DNA from: Candidatus Limivicinus sp.
GTDB lineage: Bacteria; Bacillota; Clostridia; Oscillospirales; Oscillospiraceae
Direction of reading: 5' to 3'
Length of the DNA stretch: 64,000 bases
NCBI GenBank assembly: GCA_050943875.1
Contig: JBMNPZ010000007.1
Coordinates: 7,683 to 71,682 of the forward strand
Below are positions 8,390-18,254 of this stretch, piece by piece. The notes beneath the pieces are model-generated. The model was not told the DNA's origin. It made no database searches and was given only the letters and a program-made list of their open reading frames with translations. Position 1 is the stretch's first letter, and each line of letters begins with the position of its first letter. Both the position numbers and the translations under genes were made by a program.

Positions 8390-8935
8390 ATGGACAAGAA
8401 GAATATTTACGCAGGAACTAAAACCGAGAAGAACCTCTGGGAGGCCTTTGCCGGTGAGTCCCAGGCCCGCAATAAATACACCTACTTTGCATCTGTCGCA
8501 AAGAAAGCCGGATATGAGCAGATCGCCGCTCTCTTCCTCAAGACCGCAGACAACGAGAAGGAGCACGCAAAGCTCTGGTTCAAGGCTCTGGGTGAGCTGG
8601 GCGATACCCCCGAGAACCTGCTCCACGCCGCAGAGGGCGAGAGCTATGAGTGGACCGACATGTATGACCGCATGGCAAAGGAAGCCGACGAAGAGGGCTT
8701 CAAGGATCTGGCCCGTCAGTTCCGCGGTGTTGCCGCAATAGAGAAGTCCCATGAGGAGCGCTATCGCGCACTGCTCCACAACATCGAGACCAAGACCGTA
8801 TTCGAGAAGAGCGGTGTCACTCTCTGGGAGTGCCGCAACTGCGGACACATGGTCCTCAGCACCAAGGCCCCCGAGATCTGCCCCGTATGCAAGCACCCCA
8901 AGGCCTTCTTTGAGGTCCGCATGGAGAACTACTGA
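8390..8935 (+). CDS. rbr: Rubrerythrin
   Basis: Diiron four-helix motifs (ExxH twice) plus a C-terminal rubredoxin-like CRNCGH...CPVCKHP. GGAGG RBS. Confidence 0.92.
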   Translation: MDKKNIYAGTKTEKNLWEAFAGESQARNKYTYFASVAKKAGYEQIAALFLKTADNEKEHAKLWFKALGELGDTPENLLHAAEGESYEWTDMYDRMAKEADEEGFKDLARQFRGVAAIEKSHEERYRALLHNIETKTVFEKSGVTLWECRNCGHMVLSTKAPEICPVCKHPKAFFEVRMENY

Positions 8936-9022
8936 TTTTCAAAGCTCCGTAAATAAAGCAATATAGAATATAAGCTGCCCGGATTTAATCCGGGCAGCTT
9001 TTCTTTGTACAAAAATTTAAAT

Positions 9023-10120
9023 TCAGCCGAGAATTATATCGCAGATCCTGTCCACATCCTCTATCGCCAGTCCGGCGTAGAGGGGCAGAGTCAGGACGCT
9101 GTCGGCCATATGGGCGGCGACAGGTGTGTCTCCTGTGTCGATGTCCGGCATTCCCCCGAAGTAGTCAAAGGAATTGGTGGTGGGATAGAAGTATTTTCTG
9201 GCGCCGATATTCTCTGCCGCCAGTCTCTCATATACCTCATCCCTGCTGTACCTGTAGCCGTCAAAAACCACGGGGTAGTAGGCATAGTTGGATTTTACGC
9301 CCTCCTGAGCCGGATTGAGTCTGATTCCGGGCACATTTTTGAGGTTTTCGTCATAGCGCTCCTTGGCGATTCTCCGCTTCTCTATCTCACCGTCCAGATG
9401 GCGCAGGTTGCACAGGCCCATGGCCGCGCAGAACTCGTTCATCTTGGCGTTGCCGCCGGCGAAGGGCACGAAGTCCTCAGAGTGTATGCCGAAGTTCTTA
9501 AGGTCGTTGAAGGTCTCCTCAAGGCTGTCGTCCTGATAGCACAGGGCGCCCCCCTCTATGGTGTGAAAGACCTTTGTGGCGTGAAAGCTGTAGGCCGCCG
9601 CATCCCCGAAGCAGGCGGAGCTCACGCCGTTTTTTGTCACCCCGAAGGCATGGGCCGCGTCGTATATGACCTTCAGGCCGTGCTCCTTTGCAATCGCATC
9701 TATGGCCTCGGTGTCGCAGAGGTTGCCGTAGACATGGACAGGCAGGATTGCAGCCGTGTCCTTTGTGATAAGGCTCTCGATTTTATCCGCATCAATAGTG
9801 TAATCCACGGGATTTATGTCGCAGAACACCGGACGGCAGCCCCGCCTCACGATGGCGTTGGTGGTGGAGGCAAAAGTGTAGGGGGTTGTGATTATCTCAC
9901 CCTCCAGCCTGAGGCCCTCTATCATGTTTTCAATGGCCAGGTGGCCGTTTGTGTAGAGCGTCACATGCTTTACTCCCAGCCGCTTTTCCAGCTCCGCCTG
10001 AAGCGTGCGGTGCTTTATACCCATATTCGTGAGCCAGCGGCTGTCCCATATCTCCTTTATCTCTTCGCAGTACTCCTCATAATCCGGCATTGATGAGCGT
10101 GTTACATTTATTCTGTCCAT
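9023..10120 (-). CDS. DegT/DnrJ/EryC1/StrS family PLP-dependent sugar aminotransferase
   Basis: 365 aa. The motifs AILPVHVYG, DAAHAFG and SFHATKVF (PLP lysine) are typical of nucleotide-sugar aminotransferases. Confidence 0.9.
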   Translation of the reverse strand: MDRINVTRSSMPDYEEYCEEIKEIWDSRWLTNMGIKHRTLQAELEKRLGVKHVTLYTNGHLAIENMIEGLRLEGEIITTPYTFASTTNAIVRRGCRPVFCDINPVDYTIDADKIESLITKDTAAILPVHVYGNLCDTEAIDAIAKEHGLKVIYDAAHAFGVTKNGVSSACFGDAAAYSFHATKVFHTIEGGALCYQDDSLEETFNDLKNFGIHSEDFVPFAGGNAKMNEFCAAMGLCNLRHLDGEIEKRRIAKERYDENLKNVPGIRLNPAQEGVKSNYAYYPVVFDGYRYSRDEVYERLAAENIGARKYFYPTTNSFDYFGGMPDIDTGDTPVAAHMADSVLTLPLYAGLAIEDVDRICDIILG

Positions 10121-10165
10121 AATTTATGCTCCCTCCCCAGGGCTTTCCGGAACCCAATCCGGAAT

Positions 10166-10738
10166 TTATTTTTTATCTCTGTCTTCTTCAAAGCGCCTGC
10201 ATACATCTAAAAGCTCACGGCCCCGCTCCTTATGTCTTTTTGCGGGTATTCCGTAGTAGACCCCCCAGGGCTCTATGTCCCTGTCGGCAAGTGTCATGGC
10301 CCCCAGAATCGAGCCCTCCCCTATTTTAACGCCCGGAAGAATCGTACAGCCCGCCGCCACAGCGACATGTTTCCCGATGTACACAGGCTTCTCAATAAGG
10401 CTCCTGTACTCCTCCGGCACCATGGGATTTGTCATCACGAGACCCGAGGCCAGATCATCCGAGTGGGCAAACACGCCGCAGCGGGATGAGACCGTGCTGT
10501 AATCGTCAAAAGTTATGCCCGCATCTCCGCCGAAAAGCGTGGTTCCGGCACCCACATGGATGTAGCTGCCCATGGTTATTCTGCCGCTGAGAATGCAGAA
10601 ATCGTCCACCCGCACATTGCTGCCCAGGTGCATCTTTTCAGGAGAATATATGCTGGCCTTACGGCTTATCAGCACATTTTCGCCGTATTCCGCCAGTCCC
10701 AGTGAGGTCAGCTCCTCCTGTGAGTAAAAGCTTGTCAT
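10166..10738 (-). CDS. Left-handed beta-helix (hexapeptide repeat) sugar acetyltransferase
   Basis: Repeated [LIV]G-x4 hexapeptides (IGKHVAVAAGCTILPGVKIGEGSILGA). Its start overlaps the stop of the upstream flippase gene by 4 nt. Confidence 0.85.
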   Translation of the reverse strand: MTSFYSQEELTSLGLAEYGENVLISRKASIYSPEKMHLGSNVRVDDFCILSGRITMGSYIHVGAGTTLFGGDAGITFDDYSTVSSRCGVFAHSDDLASGLVMTNPMVPEEYRSLIEKPVYIGKHVAVAAGCTILPGVKIGEGSILGAMTLADRDIEPWGVYYGIPAKRHKERGRELLDVCRRFEEDRDKK

Positions 10739-12195
10739 GTCTCAGCCTCCCCTTTCTTCCCAAGGAGTTTTTTCATGATGGAAATTATATAACTGAAGCT
10801 GTCCAGTTTGAACAGTTTTGAAAGCCCGATATATACGGCGGCACCCAGCAGCACCTGCAGCGGCAGAACCGCCCAGTCACTCCAGGGGAGCAGCTGAATG
10901 GGATAGACAAGGGCGCCCATTATAACTGACAGCAGAATGGAGGGCATCATATCCTTAAGCTGCTGGCCGTAGGAATAGCCCAGAAGCCTGCTGTTGGGCC
11001 AGGCATTTATGATCTGTGCCAGCACGCTGGTGAAAAGGAGACTCAGCGCCATGACATAGACGCCGTATCTCATGGTCACCAGAAGTACCAGGATACCTAT
11101 GCCTTTTTTGATAAGCTCCAGCTTCAGGAACATGTCGCTGCGCCCCATGGCCTTTATGGCGTTGAGGTTTGCGGTGTGCAGGGGATAAAAGGCGTAGCTG
11201 AAGCAGAAAATCCTCAGATAGGGCACGCAGGGCAGCCATTTCTCCGTGAGCAGGAGCCGCACCAGAGGTTCGGCACAGACGGCAAGGCCCATCATCAGAG
11301 GCATCATAATATAGGTGCTGGTGCGTATGGCGCGGCGGGTCATCTCCCGCACCTGAGTTTTGTGGTCCTGCTGGGCGGAGAGCACCGGCAGAAGCACGCT
11401 GTCAATGGAAGAGTTTATATTCTCCACCAGAAGGTTCGGCAGGGAGTTGCCCCGGTTGTAGTAGGCGAGGTCGGACTCCGTATAGAAAACCGCGATTATT
11501 ATCTCCCGCAGCTTGTTGTACACCGTGTCCAGAAGTCCCGAGGCCAGAAGCTTCCAGCCGTAGGATATGAGACTCTTCAGGCGCCGGAAGGAGAACATCC
11601 GTTTCGGCTTCCAGCCCACGGTGAGCCAGAGTATCGCAGTGTTCACAGTCACATTGCATAGCTGCTGGGCAACCAGGGCCCATACACCGTAGCCTGCAAA
11701 GGCCATCCAGATTCCCAGGGCCGCGCTCAGAAGCGTCCCGCCCAGGGTGGCAAAGAAAAAGCGCTTAAACTGGAGGGTCTTGGAGACATAGGCCTGCTGT
11801 ACGTTTTTTACACCGGCCACTATGACCGTGAGGCCCAGCACCCGTATCACGGGGCAGAGGGATTCATCCTTATAGCCCTTTGCAATCAGGGGGGCCGCAA
11901 AGAAGAGGCCCGCGTACAGCAGCAGGCAGAAGGCCACATTGAAGTAAAATACAGAGGAGAAATCCAGATCGTCCGGGTCTTTTTTCTGTATAAGGGAGTT
12001 TGCCATGCCGCTGTCCACAAACACCAGAAGTATGGTGGTTATTATCGTGACCTTGGCCACCGTTCCGAAGACCTCCGGCGCCAGCATGCGGGCCAGAACT
12101 ATCTGCACCACCATGGACACCAGCTGGGCACCGCAGCGCTCCATAAAACGCCATATTAAGTTGCTGACAACTTTCTGCTTGTTATCCATACTCAC
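10735..12195 (-). CDS. Wzx-type oligosaccharide flippase (MOP superfamily)
   Basis: 486 aa, roughly 12-14 TM helices, and an N-terminus typical of polysaccharide biosynthesis/flippase proteins (NLIWRFMERCGAQLVSMVVQIVLARML). Confidence 0.85.
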   Translation of the reverse strand: MSMDNKQKVVSNLIWRFMERCGAQLVSMVVQIVLARMLAPEVFGTVAKVTIITTILLVFVDSGMANSLIQKKDPDDLDFSSVFYFNVAFCLLLYAGLFFAAPLIAKGYKDESLCPVIRVLGLTVIVAGVKNVQQAYVSKTLQFKRFFFATLGGTLLSAALGIWMAFAGYGVWALVAQQLCNVTVNTAILWLTVGWKPKRMFSFRRLKSLISYGWKLLASGLLDTVYNKLREIIIAVFYTESDLAYYNRGNSLPNLLVENINSSIDSVLLPVLSAQQDHKTQVREMTRRAIRTSTYIMMPLMMGLAVCAEPLVRLLLTEKWLPCVPYLRIFCFSYAFYPLHTANLNAIKAMGRSDMFLKLELIKKGIGILVLLVTMRYGVYVMALSLLFTSVLAQIINAWPNSRLLGYSYGQQLKDMMPSILLSVIMGALVYPIQLLPWSDWAVLPLQVLLGAAVYIGLSKLFKLDSFSYIISIMKKLLGKKGEAET

Positions 12196-12204
12196 TCCAG
12201 ATTA

Positions 12205-13194
12205 TCAGTAGTCACCGTAGCCCTGCTTTTTTCTGTAGGCCCGGTGAAGCGCGGGACAGAGCCGTTTTATCGTGGTCTTCACCCTGTACGACAGGGGCAT
12301 TGTCTTGTATATCTCCCGGTAGGGGGGCTTTACCATCTCGTCCACCCTGCCCTCAATATAAAGCAGCTCATAGCGGCGCCGGAGTATTTCCTTCTCTGCC
12401 GCCTCTTTCTGTACGCTGTCCAGATGGGGAAGAAGCTTTTCCATCATGGCGAGCTCCCCCACTATGAATTCCTTCAGTTTCCCGTAGTGCCGGTCGAGCC
12501 TGGCACTCCAGGCGGCGGAATTGCTGCTTATGCGGTACATCGACATGGGTCTTGCAATAAAGCGTATCTTCCCCGCCAGACTCAGCCGCAGGGCGATGGG
12601 GTAGTCGAGGAATCCGTGGTCCGCGGCGGCGCAGTAATAGTCCGGGGGATTTAAAATAAACTCCCTCCTGGCCATGACGGAGCTGGTGTGAAAGGCCTCA
12701 GACATGCCGGAGAGCACGGTCTCAAAGTCCACATCCCTGTCCTCTTCTGCATCTCCGGCCAGAAGCTCATCCGCCCTGTCGGAGCCGCAGTAATGGAGGA
12801 CCGTATTGTGGACACAGGCGGAGTAATCCCTGTGGGAATCCAGAAAATTCACCTGCAGCTGCAGCTTGTTCTCATCAAGCCATTTGTCGTCCCCCTCGCA
12901 GAAGGCGATGTACTCCCCCCTCATGCGGGAATAGAACGCCGTCTCATAGAGGTAATCAAGACCCCGGGAGAAGAGATTCTCCTTCTGATAGAGCGGGCGG
13001 ATTATATCGGGGTACTTTTCCGCATATTCTCTTATTATATCCGCCGTATTGTCGGAGGAGCAGTCGTCATTCACAATGACTTCGAAGCTGAAGTCCGTTT
13101 TCTGGCTTACAAAGCTCTCCAGCGCCTCAGCGATATATTCCTCATGGTTGAAGGCGGTGCACAGTATGGATACCTTACAATTATTCTCACTCAT
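12205..13194 (-). CDS. Glycosyltransferase family 2
   Basis: VSILCTAFNHEEYIAEALESF...VIVNDDCSSDNT (GT-A fold with a DxD-type motif). Confidence 0.88.
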   Translation of the reverse strand: MSENNCKVSILCTAFNHEEYIAEALESFVSQKTDFSFEVIVNDDCSSDNTADIIREYAEKYPDIIRPLYQKENLFSRGLDYLYETAFYSRMRGEYIAFCEGDDKWLDENKLQLQVNFLDSHRDYSACVHNTVLHYCGSDRADELLAGDAEEDRDVDFETVLSGMSEAFHTSSVMARREFILNPPDYYCAAADHGFLDYPIALRLSLAGKIRFIARPMSMYRISSNSAAWSARLDRHYGKLKEFIVGELAMMEKLLPHLDSVQKEAAEKEILRRRYELLYIEGRVDEMVKPPYREIYKTMPLSYRVKTTIKRLCPALHRAYRKKQGYGDY

Positions 13195-13358
13195 GTCTGT
13201 CCTCCGTCCCGCAGCCGCCAGAAATTTTTCCGGTCTTTTTTCACGGCTTTATCAAGGTATTATATCCCAAAAGCTTTTTTATTTCAACAGCAAACGGCCG
13301 CACCTTAGGATTTTACAAATGATGACTGAGATAAGATACGGCAGAAAAGCGCAAAAAA

Positions 13359-13380
13359 CAGAGGCCGGAAACGGCCCCTG
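13359..13380. terminator. Hairpin terminator downstream of psuG
   Basis: CAGAGGCCG-GAAA-CGGCCCCTG (one mismatch), flanked by an A-run and a T-run. Confidence 0.55.
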
Positions 13381-13404
13381 TTTTGATCTTGTCAGGCTTA
13401 TAAT

Positions 13405-14316
13405 TTACTTTGCAAGCTCGCAGGCGGTCTTGGCGGCAACCATGGCGTTGTTCAGCACAAGCTTTATATTGCTCTCCAGGCTTTCGCCCCCTGTGAGCTC
13501 CACCACCTTTGCAAGGAGGAAAGGTGTGGTATCCTTGCCGTGTATACCCTGGGCACTGCACTCCTCCAGGGCCTTTTCAATGGCGGCATCAATTGTGGCC
13601 TTGTCCATTGAATATTCCTCAGGGATGGGATTTGTCACCAGCATGCCGCCGGTATAGTTCAGCTCACGCTGTGCCCGGAACATATCCGCCAGCTCCTTCG
13701 GGGAGTCCACCCGGTAATCCACCCCAAAGCCGCTCTTTCTCGTATAAAAGGCCGGCAGCTCGTCCGTGCCGTAGCCTATCACCGGCACGCCGTGGGTCTC
13801 CAGATACTCAAGGGTCAGGCCCAGATCCAGTATGGATTTTGCCCCTGCGCACACCACCATGACCGGTGTGTGGGCCAGCTCTTCAAGGTCTGCGGAGATA
13901 TCCATCGTCTTCTCCGCACCCCTGTGGACGCCGCCTATGCCGCCGGTGGCAAAGACCTTTATCCCCGCCATGTGGGCAATTATCATTGTGGTTGTGACCG
14001 TGGTGGCGCCGTCGGCACCCCGGGCCACCAGTGCCGGGAGGTCACGGCGGCTGGCCTTGGTCACGCCTCTGCCGGTCTTCCCCAGATACTCTATCTCTTC
14101 ACCGCTGAGTCCGGCCTTCAGCCGCCCGCCTATGACCGCGATGGTTGCGGGGACCGCGCCGTTATCCCTGACGCACTGCTCCACCAGATTTGCGGTCTCC
14201 ACATTCTTGGGATAGGGCATGCCGTGGGAGATTATCGTGCTCTCAAGAGCCACAACAGGCCGGCCCTCATCCAGGGCTTTCTTTACCTCCGGGGAAATAT
14301 CAAGATATTTATTCAT
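13405..14316 (-). CDS. psuG: Pseudouridine-5'-phosphate glycosidase
   Basis: 303 aa. VALESTIISHGMPYP, GVTKASRRDL and GGIGGVHRG are characteristic of PsuG/YeiN (indigoidine synthase A-like fold). Confidence 0.9.
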   Translation of the reverse strand: MNKYLDISPEVKKALDEGRPVVALESTIISHGMPYPKNVETANLVEQCVRDNGAVPATIAVIGGRLKAGLSGEEIEYLGKTGRGVTKASRRDLPALVARGADGATTVTTTMIIAHMAGIKVFATGGIGGVHRGAEKTMDISADLEELAHTPVMVVCAGAKSILDLGLTLEYLETHGVPVIGYGTDELPAFYTRKSGFGVDYRVDSPKELADMFRAQRELNYTGGMLVTNPIPEEYSMDKATIDAAIEKALEECSAQGIHGKDTTPFLLAKVVELTGGESLESNIKLVLNNAMVAAKTACELAK

Positions 14317-14355
14317 AAATTTCTCCTATTAAACTTATTCTCATATATCTCACAT

Positions 14356-14380
14356 AAAGCGCAGTCGGAAACTGCGCTTT
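14356..14380 (-). terminator. Terminator between the ABC importer operon and psuG
   Basis: AAAGCGCAGT-N5-ACTGCGCTTT, a 10-bp stem with a T-rich tail on the minus strand. Confidence 0.65.
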
Positions 14381-14417
14381 ATATGTAGAGATGTTAAATT
14401 GTATATCCGATTTTGAC

Positions 14418-15359
14418 TCAGCGCGAGCCCTTGTCGTAGGGCACGCCCTCCGCCTTGGGCGCTCTGGACTTCTTTGAGGTGAAGGCCAGGACCACGAGGG
14501 AGATGATATAGGGCAGCATGTTGTACACCGCACTGGGGATATGCAGCGCTGTGAGAAAATCAAAGCCGGTGTATACATTGGAGAGGGCCCTGCACATACC
14601 GAAGAGCAGCGCCGACAGGGCAATGCGTATTGGCTTCCACTGACCGAATATCATGACCGCCAGTGAGAGGAATCCGAAGCCGGCGACGCCCACTTCGAAT
14701 TTCCACTCCGACACGCCGGCCAGAATGTAGCAGATGCCGCCGAGGCCGCCCAGCACGCCGGAGATAAGCACGCCGGCCCAGCGCATTTTGTAGACATTGA
14801 TGCCCACAGAGTCCGCCGCCTGGGGATGTTCGCCGCATGCCATGAGCCGCAGGCCGAACTTTGTCTTGTAGAGTGTGATGTAGGCCGCGATAAGCGCTAT
14901 CACCGCGATGACCATAAACCAGTTGAACTCAAAGCCGCCTATATTCACAAGGAAGGCCTTTTTCTGTTCAATATACTGGATGGTGGAGGACACGTTGTCC
15001 GGGTTCTCCGCCGTGTTTATGGCCTTGACTATAATAGTCGCCGCCGCCACGCCCAGCATGTTCAGGGCCGTGCCTATGATGGTCTGGTCCGCCTTGAAGT
15101 TGACGCAGGCCACCGCCAGAAGACTTGAGAAGAGGACACCCAGTGCAATACTGCCGAGCAGGGTCGCAAGGATTATCCAGATTGCGGGGGTCTCCGGGTT
15201 CATGTACTTCATGACAAGTGCACCGCCCAGGGCGCCCATGACCATTATGCCCTCAAGGCCGATATTGATGACGCCGGAGTGTTCGGAGAAGCAGCCGCCC
15301 AGGGCGACAAGAAGCAAAACCGAAGCAAATATCAGAGTGTACTGTATAAGCAGCAGCAT
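14418..15359 (-). CDS. ABC transporter permease (BMP/nucleoside-type, second permease)
   Basis: 313 aa polytopic protein in an operon with a BMP-family binding protein and a duplicated ATPase. Its start abuts the stop of the upstream permease. Confidence 0.88.
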   Translation of the reverse strand: MLLLIQYTLIFASVLLLVALGGCFSEHSGVINIGLEGIMVMGALGGALVMKYMNPETPAIWIILATLLGSIALGVLFSSLLAVACVNFKADQTIIGTALNMLGVAAATIIVKAINTAENPDNVSSTIQYIEQKKAFLVNIGGFEFNWFMVIAVIALIAAYITLYKTKFGLRLMACGEHPQAADSVGINVYKMRWAGVLISGVLGGLGGICYILAGVSEWKFEVGVAGFGFLSLAVMIFGQWKPIRIALSALLFGMCRALSNVYTGFDFLTALHIPSAVYNMLPYIISLVVLAFTSKKSRAPKAEGVPYDKGSR

Positions 15360-16513
15360 TACTTATCGCCTCCTTCCTCAGAATTGGCCTCTGCAAGCTT
15401 TTCAGCCTTCAGAGTGTCACGTCTGTCCATGCGGGAGTTGATGTAGTATTTGAAGAATGCGACAAAGCCGCAGAGATAAATTATCATCGATGCGATAAGA
15501 TCGGATATCTGGGCACAGTATAGGGTCTTGTCCACATAGGCCCCTCCGCTGGTGATATGCTGAATGAAATAGGAGGAGAATATCGCGCCTATAGGATTCA
15601 GTCCGCCCAGGAAGGCCGCGGCAATGCCGTTGAAGCCCATGGCGGGGACACTGGACTGGCTGCACTGCCACTGCTCAAAGCTTGTGAGGAAGAGGAGCGC
15701 CGCGCCCATACCGGCAAGGCCGCCGGCGATTGCCATGGTGAGCACCAGATTCTTTTTCTCCTTCATGCCGCAGTATCTGGCGGCATTCTTGTTGAAGCCC
15801 GTGGCCTTGAGCTCAAAGCCCAGCTTGGTCTTTTCCAGAAGCACCCAGATAAGGATTGCGGCGATCACCGCAAGGGGGATTGCAATGGTCACATACTGGT
15901 TCTTGCTGAAGAGCCTGTCAAGTCCGAGACTGGGCAGCACCGCTTTGGCATTCGTGGTGGCCAGCACCGAGGTATAGGGGCTCGTAGGCTCCTTGACTCT
16001 TGCCAGCAGGACATTCACCCCGTAGAGGCTTATCCAGTTGAGCATGATACTGGAGATAACCTCGTTCACATTGCAGAGGGCCTTCAGGGCTCCGGATATA
16101 GCGCCCAGAAGTGCACCGGCCAGAATTGCCGCGATGAGGCAGACATACCAGGGCATGCCCAGGGCAAGGCCGAAGTAGAGGCTTGCGCCCGCGCCCACCA
16201 CATACTGCCCTGCAACGCCGATATTGAAGAGGCCCGCCTTGAAGGCGAAGAGCACCGAGAGACTGCACATAAGCAGGGGCGCCGTCTTCACAAGGGTGGA
16301 GCCGAAATATTTCAGCTGTGTTTTGGGCTTCTTGTAGGTGAAGAAGTTTTCAATTATTGCGGTTATGGCCTCCCATGCGCCCTTGGGGTTTATCAGAAGA
16401 AGGACGATATAGCCGATAAGCAGGCCCAGGATAATGCACAGGAGGGAGGCTATCAGCGACTGAAAGCCGCTGTTCCTCATAAGGGGAGTCTTTACCTTTT
16501 CTTTTTTGTTCAC
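15359..16513 (-). CDS. ABC transporter permease (BMP/nucleoside-type, first permease)
   Basis: 384 aa polytopic protein. It has a 4-nt overlap with the upstream ATPase gene. Confidence 0.88.
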   Translation of the reverse strand: MNKKEKVKTPLMRNSGFQSLIASLLCIILGLLIGYIVLLLINPKGAWEAITAIIENFFTYKKPKTQLKYFGSTLVKTAPLLMCSLSVLFAFKAGLFNIGVAGQYVVGAGASLYFGLALGMPWYVCLIAAILAGALLGAISGALKALCNVNEVISSIMLNWISLYGVNVLLARVKEPTSPYTSVLATTNAKAVLPSLGLDRLFSKNQYVTIAIPLAVIAAILIWVLLEKTKLGFELKATGFNKNAARYCGMKEKKNLVLTMAIAGGLAGMGAALLFLTSFEQWQCSQSSVPAMGFNGIAAAFLGGLNPIGAIFSSYFIQHITSGGAYVDKTLYCAQISDLIASMIIYLCGFVAFFKYYINSRMDRRDTLKAEKLAEANSEEGGDK

Positions 16514-18048
16514 GCCTGTACCCCCTCTCTCTTTGCGCCGGCCATGTAGAGGCCCAGCTCTTCAACGGTGGTCTTCTTGGGGTCAAGCTCTCCCACGATC
16601 TCACCCTCGTACATCACAAGGATACGGTCGGAGACATCCATGACCTCGTCCAGCTCCAGTGATACCAGCAGCACAGCGCCGCCGGCGTCCCGCTGCTTTA
16701 CCAGCTGTTTGTGTATATATTCTATCGCGCCCACATCGAGGCCGCGGGTAGGCTGAACTGCCACAAGGAGTCTGGGGTCTCTGTCTATTTCACGGGCGAC
16801 GATTGCCTTCTGCTGGTTGCCGCCGGACATGCTCCTCGCCATAGTAGCCGCGCCCTGACCGGAGCGCACATCGTACTGGTCGATGAGCTTCTCGGCATAC
16901 CTGCGGATGGCCCCCCGCCTGAGGAAGCCTGATTTTCCAGTAAACTCCGGCTCAAAATAGCGCTGGAGCACCATATTGTATTCAAGGGGATAATCCAGCA
17001 CAAGGCCGTGCTTGTGCCGGTCCTCGGGGATATGGCTCATGCCCATCACCGAGCGCTTCCGTATGCTGGCCCTGCTGATATCCTCACCGCAGAGGCTTAT
17101 CTCGCCGCTCTTTATGGGCTCAAGCCCCGTGAGGCCGTAGACAAGCTCCGTCTGGCCGTTACCGTCTATGCCGGCGATGCAGACAATCTCCCCCGCCCGG
17201 ACCTGGAAGCTCACATTCTTCACGGCGTCCTTGCTGTGGAGTCTTGAGGGCACAGAGAGATTTTTTACATCCAGCACCACGTCCCCGGGCTTTGCCTCAT
17301 CCTTATGCACCGTGAACTCAACATCGCGGCCCACCATCATTCTGGAGAGCTCCTCCTTGGTGGTGTTTTTGGTCTCCACGGTGCCGATATACTTGCCCTT
17401 GCGCAGCACACTCACCCTGTCGGCCACGGCCATGATCTCATTGAGCTTGTGGGAGATAAACAGTATGCTCTTCCCCTCTGCCGCCAGATTCTTCATGATC
17501 TGGAGCAGCTCATCAATTTCCTGGGGGGTGAGCACCGCCGTAGGCTCATCAAATATGAGAATCTCATTGTCCCTGTAGAGCATCTTGAGTATTTCCGTGC
17601 GCTGCTGCATACCCACGGTAATGTCCTCTATAAGTGCATCCGGGTCCACATGCAGGCCGTACTTCTCGGAGAGCTCCACAACCTTTTTTCTGGCCTCCTG
17701 CTTCTGGAGGAAGCCGTGCTTATTGGGCTCAATGCCCAGAATGATATTGTCAAGAACAGAAAAGCACTCAACCAGCTTGAAATGCTGGTGGACCATTCCG
17801 ATACCCAGGGCATTCGCGTCATTCGGATCCTTTATCCTGACCTCTTTGCCGTCTTTCTTGATTATGCCCTCTTCCGCCTGATATAGGCCGAAAAGCACGC
17901 TCATCAAAGTGGATTTTCCGGCGCCATTTTCACCCAGAAGGGCGTGGATCTCGCCTTTTTTCAACCGGATGGTCACATCATCATTGGCAACAATTCCCGG
18001 GAACCTCTTGGTAATATGAAGCATCTCGATTGCGTACTGATTCTCCAA
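16510..18048 (-). CDS. ABC transporter ATP-binding protein with two fused ATPase domains
   Basis: Walker A GENGAGKST, signature LSGGNQQK and Walker B LLVAVQPTRGLD. At 512 aa it is typical of sugar/nucleoside CUT2 importers. Confidence 0.92.
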   Translation of the reverse strand: MENQYAIEMLHITKRFPGIVANDDVTIRLKKGEIHALLGENGAGKSTLMSVLFGLYQAEEGIIKKDGKEVRIKDPNDANALGIGMVHQHFKLVECFSVLDNIILGIEPNKHGFLQKQEARKKVVELSEKYGLHVDPDALIEDITVGMQQRTEILKMLYRDNEILIFDEPTAVLTPQEIDELLQIMKNLAAEGKSILFISHKLNEIMAVADRVSVLRKGKYIGTVETKNTTKEELSRMMVGRDVEFTVHKDEAKPGDVVLDVKNLSVPSRLHSKDAVKNVSFQVRAGEIVCIAGIDGNGQTELVYGLTGLEPIKSGEISLCGEDISRASIRKRSVMGMSHIPEDRHKHGLVLDYPLEYNMVLQRYFEPEFTGKSGFLRRGAIRRYAEKLIDQYDVRSGQGAATMARSMSGGNQQKAIVAREIDRDPRLLVAVQPTRGLDVGAIEYIHKQLVKQRDAGGAVLLVSLELDEVMDVSDRILVMYEGEIVGELDPKKTTVEELGLYMAGAKREGVQA

Positions 18049-18207
18049 GCGTACCTACCTCCCTGTTTATAATATGTTTACAATGCTAGTAGTCTATTTT
18101 ACTACAAAAACGGATGAATTACAAATGAAATTCTCGCCCTCAGGCAAATTTATCATGCCGCTTTTCCATGTCCCCGCGCCGCCGGAAACACAGTCCGCCT
18201 ATAAAAA

Positions 18208-18231
18208 CAGGCAGGCCAAAAATGGCCTGCC
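18208..18231 (-). terminator. Intra-operon hairpin/attenuator after the binding-protein gene
   Basis: AGGCAGGCC-N6-GGCCTGCCT followed by TTTTT on the minus strand. It lies in the 206-nt gap between the SBP and ATPase genes. Confidence 0.6.
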
Positions 18232-18254
18232 TATTCAAAATATATCTGCCTGAA

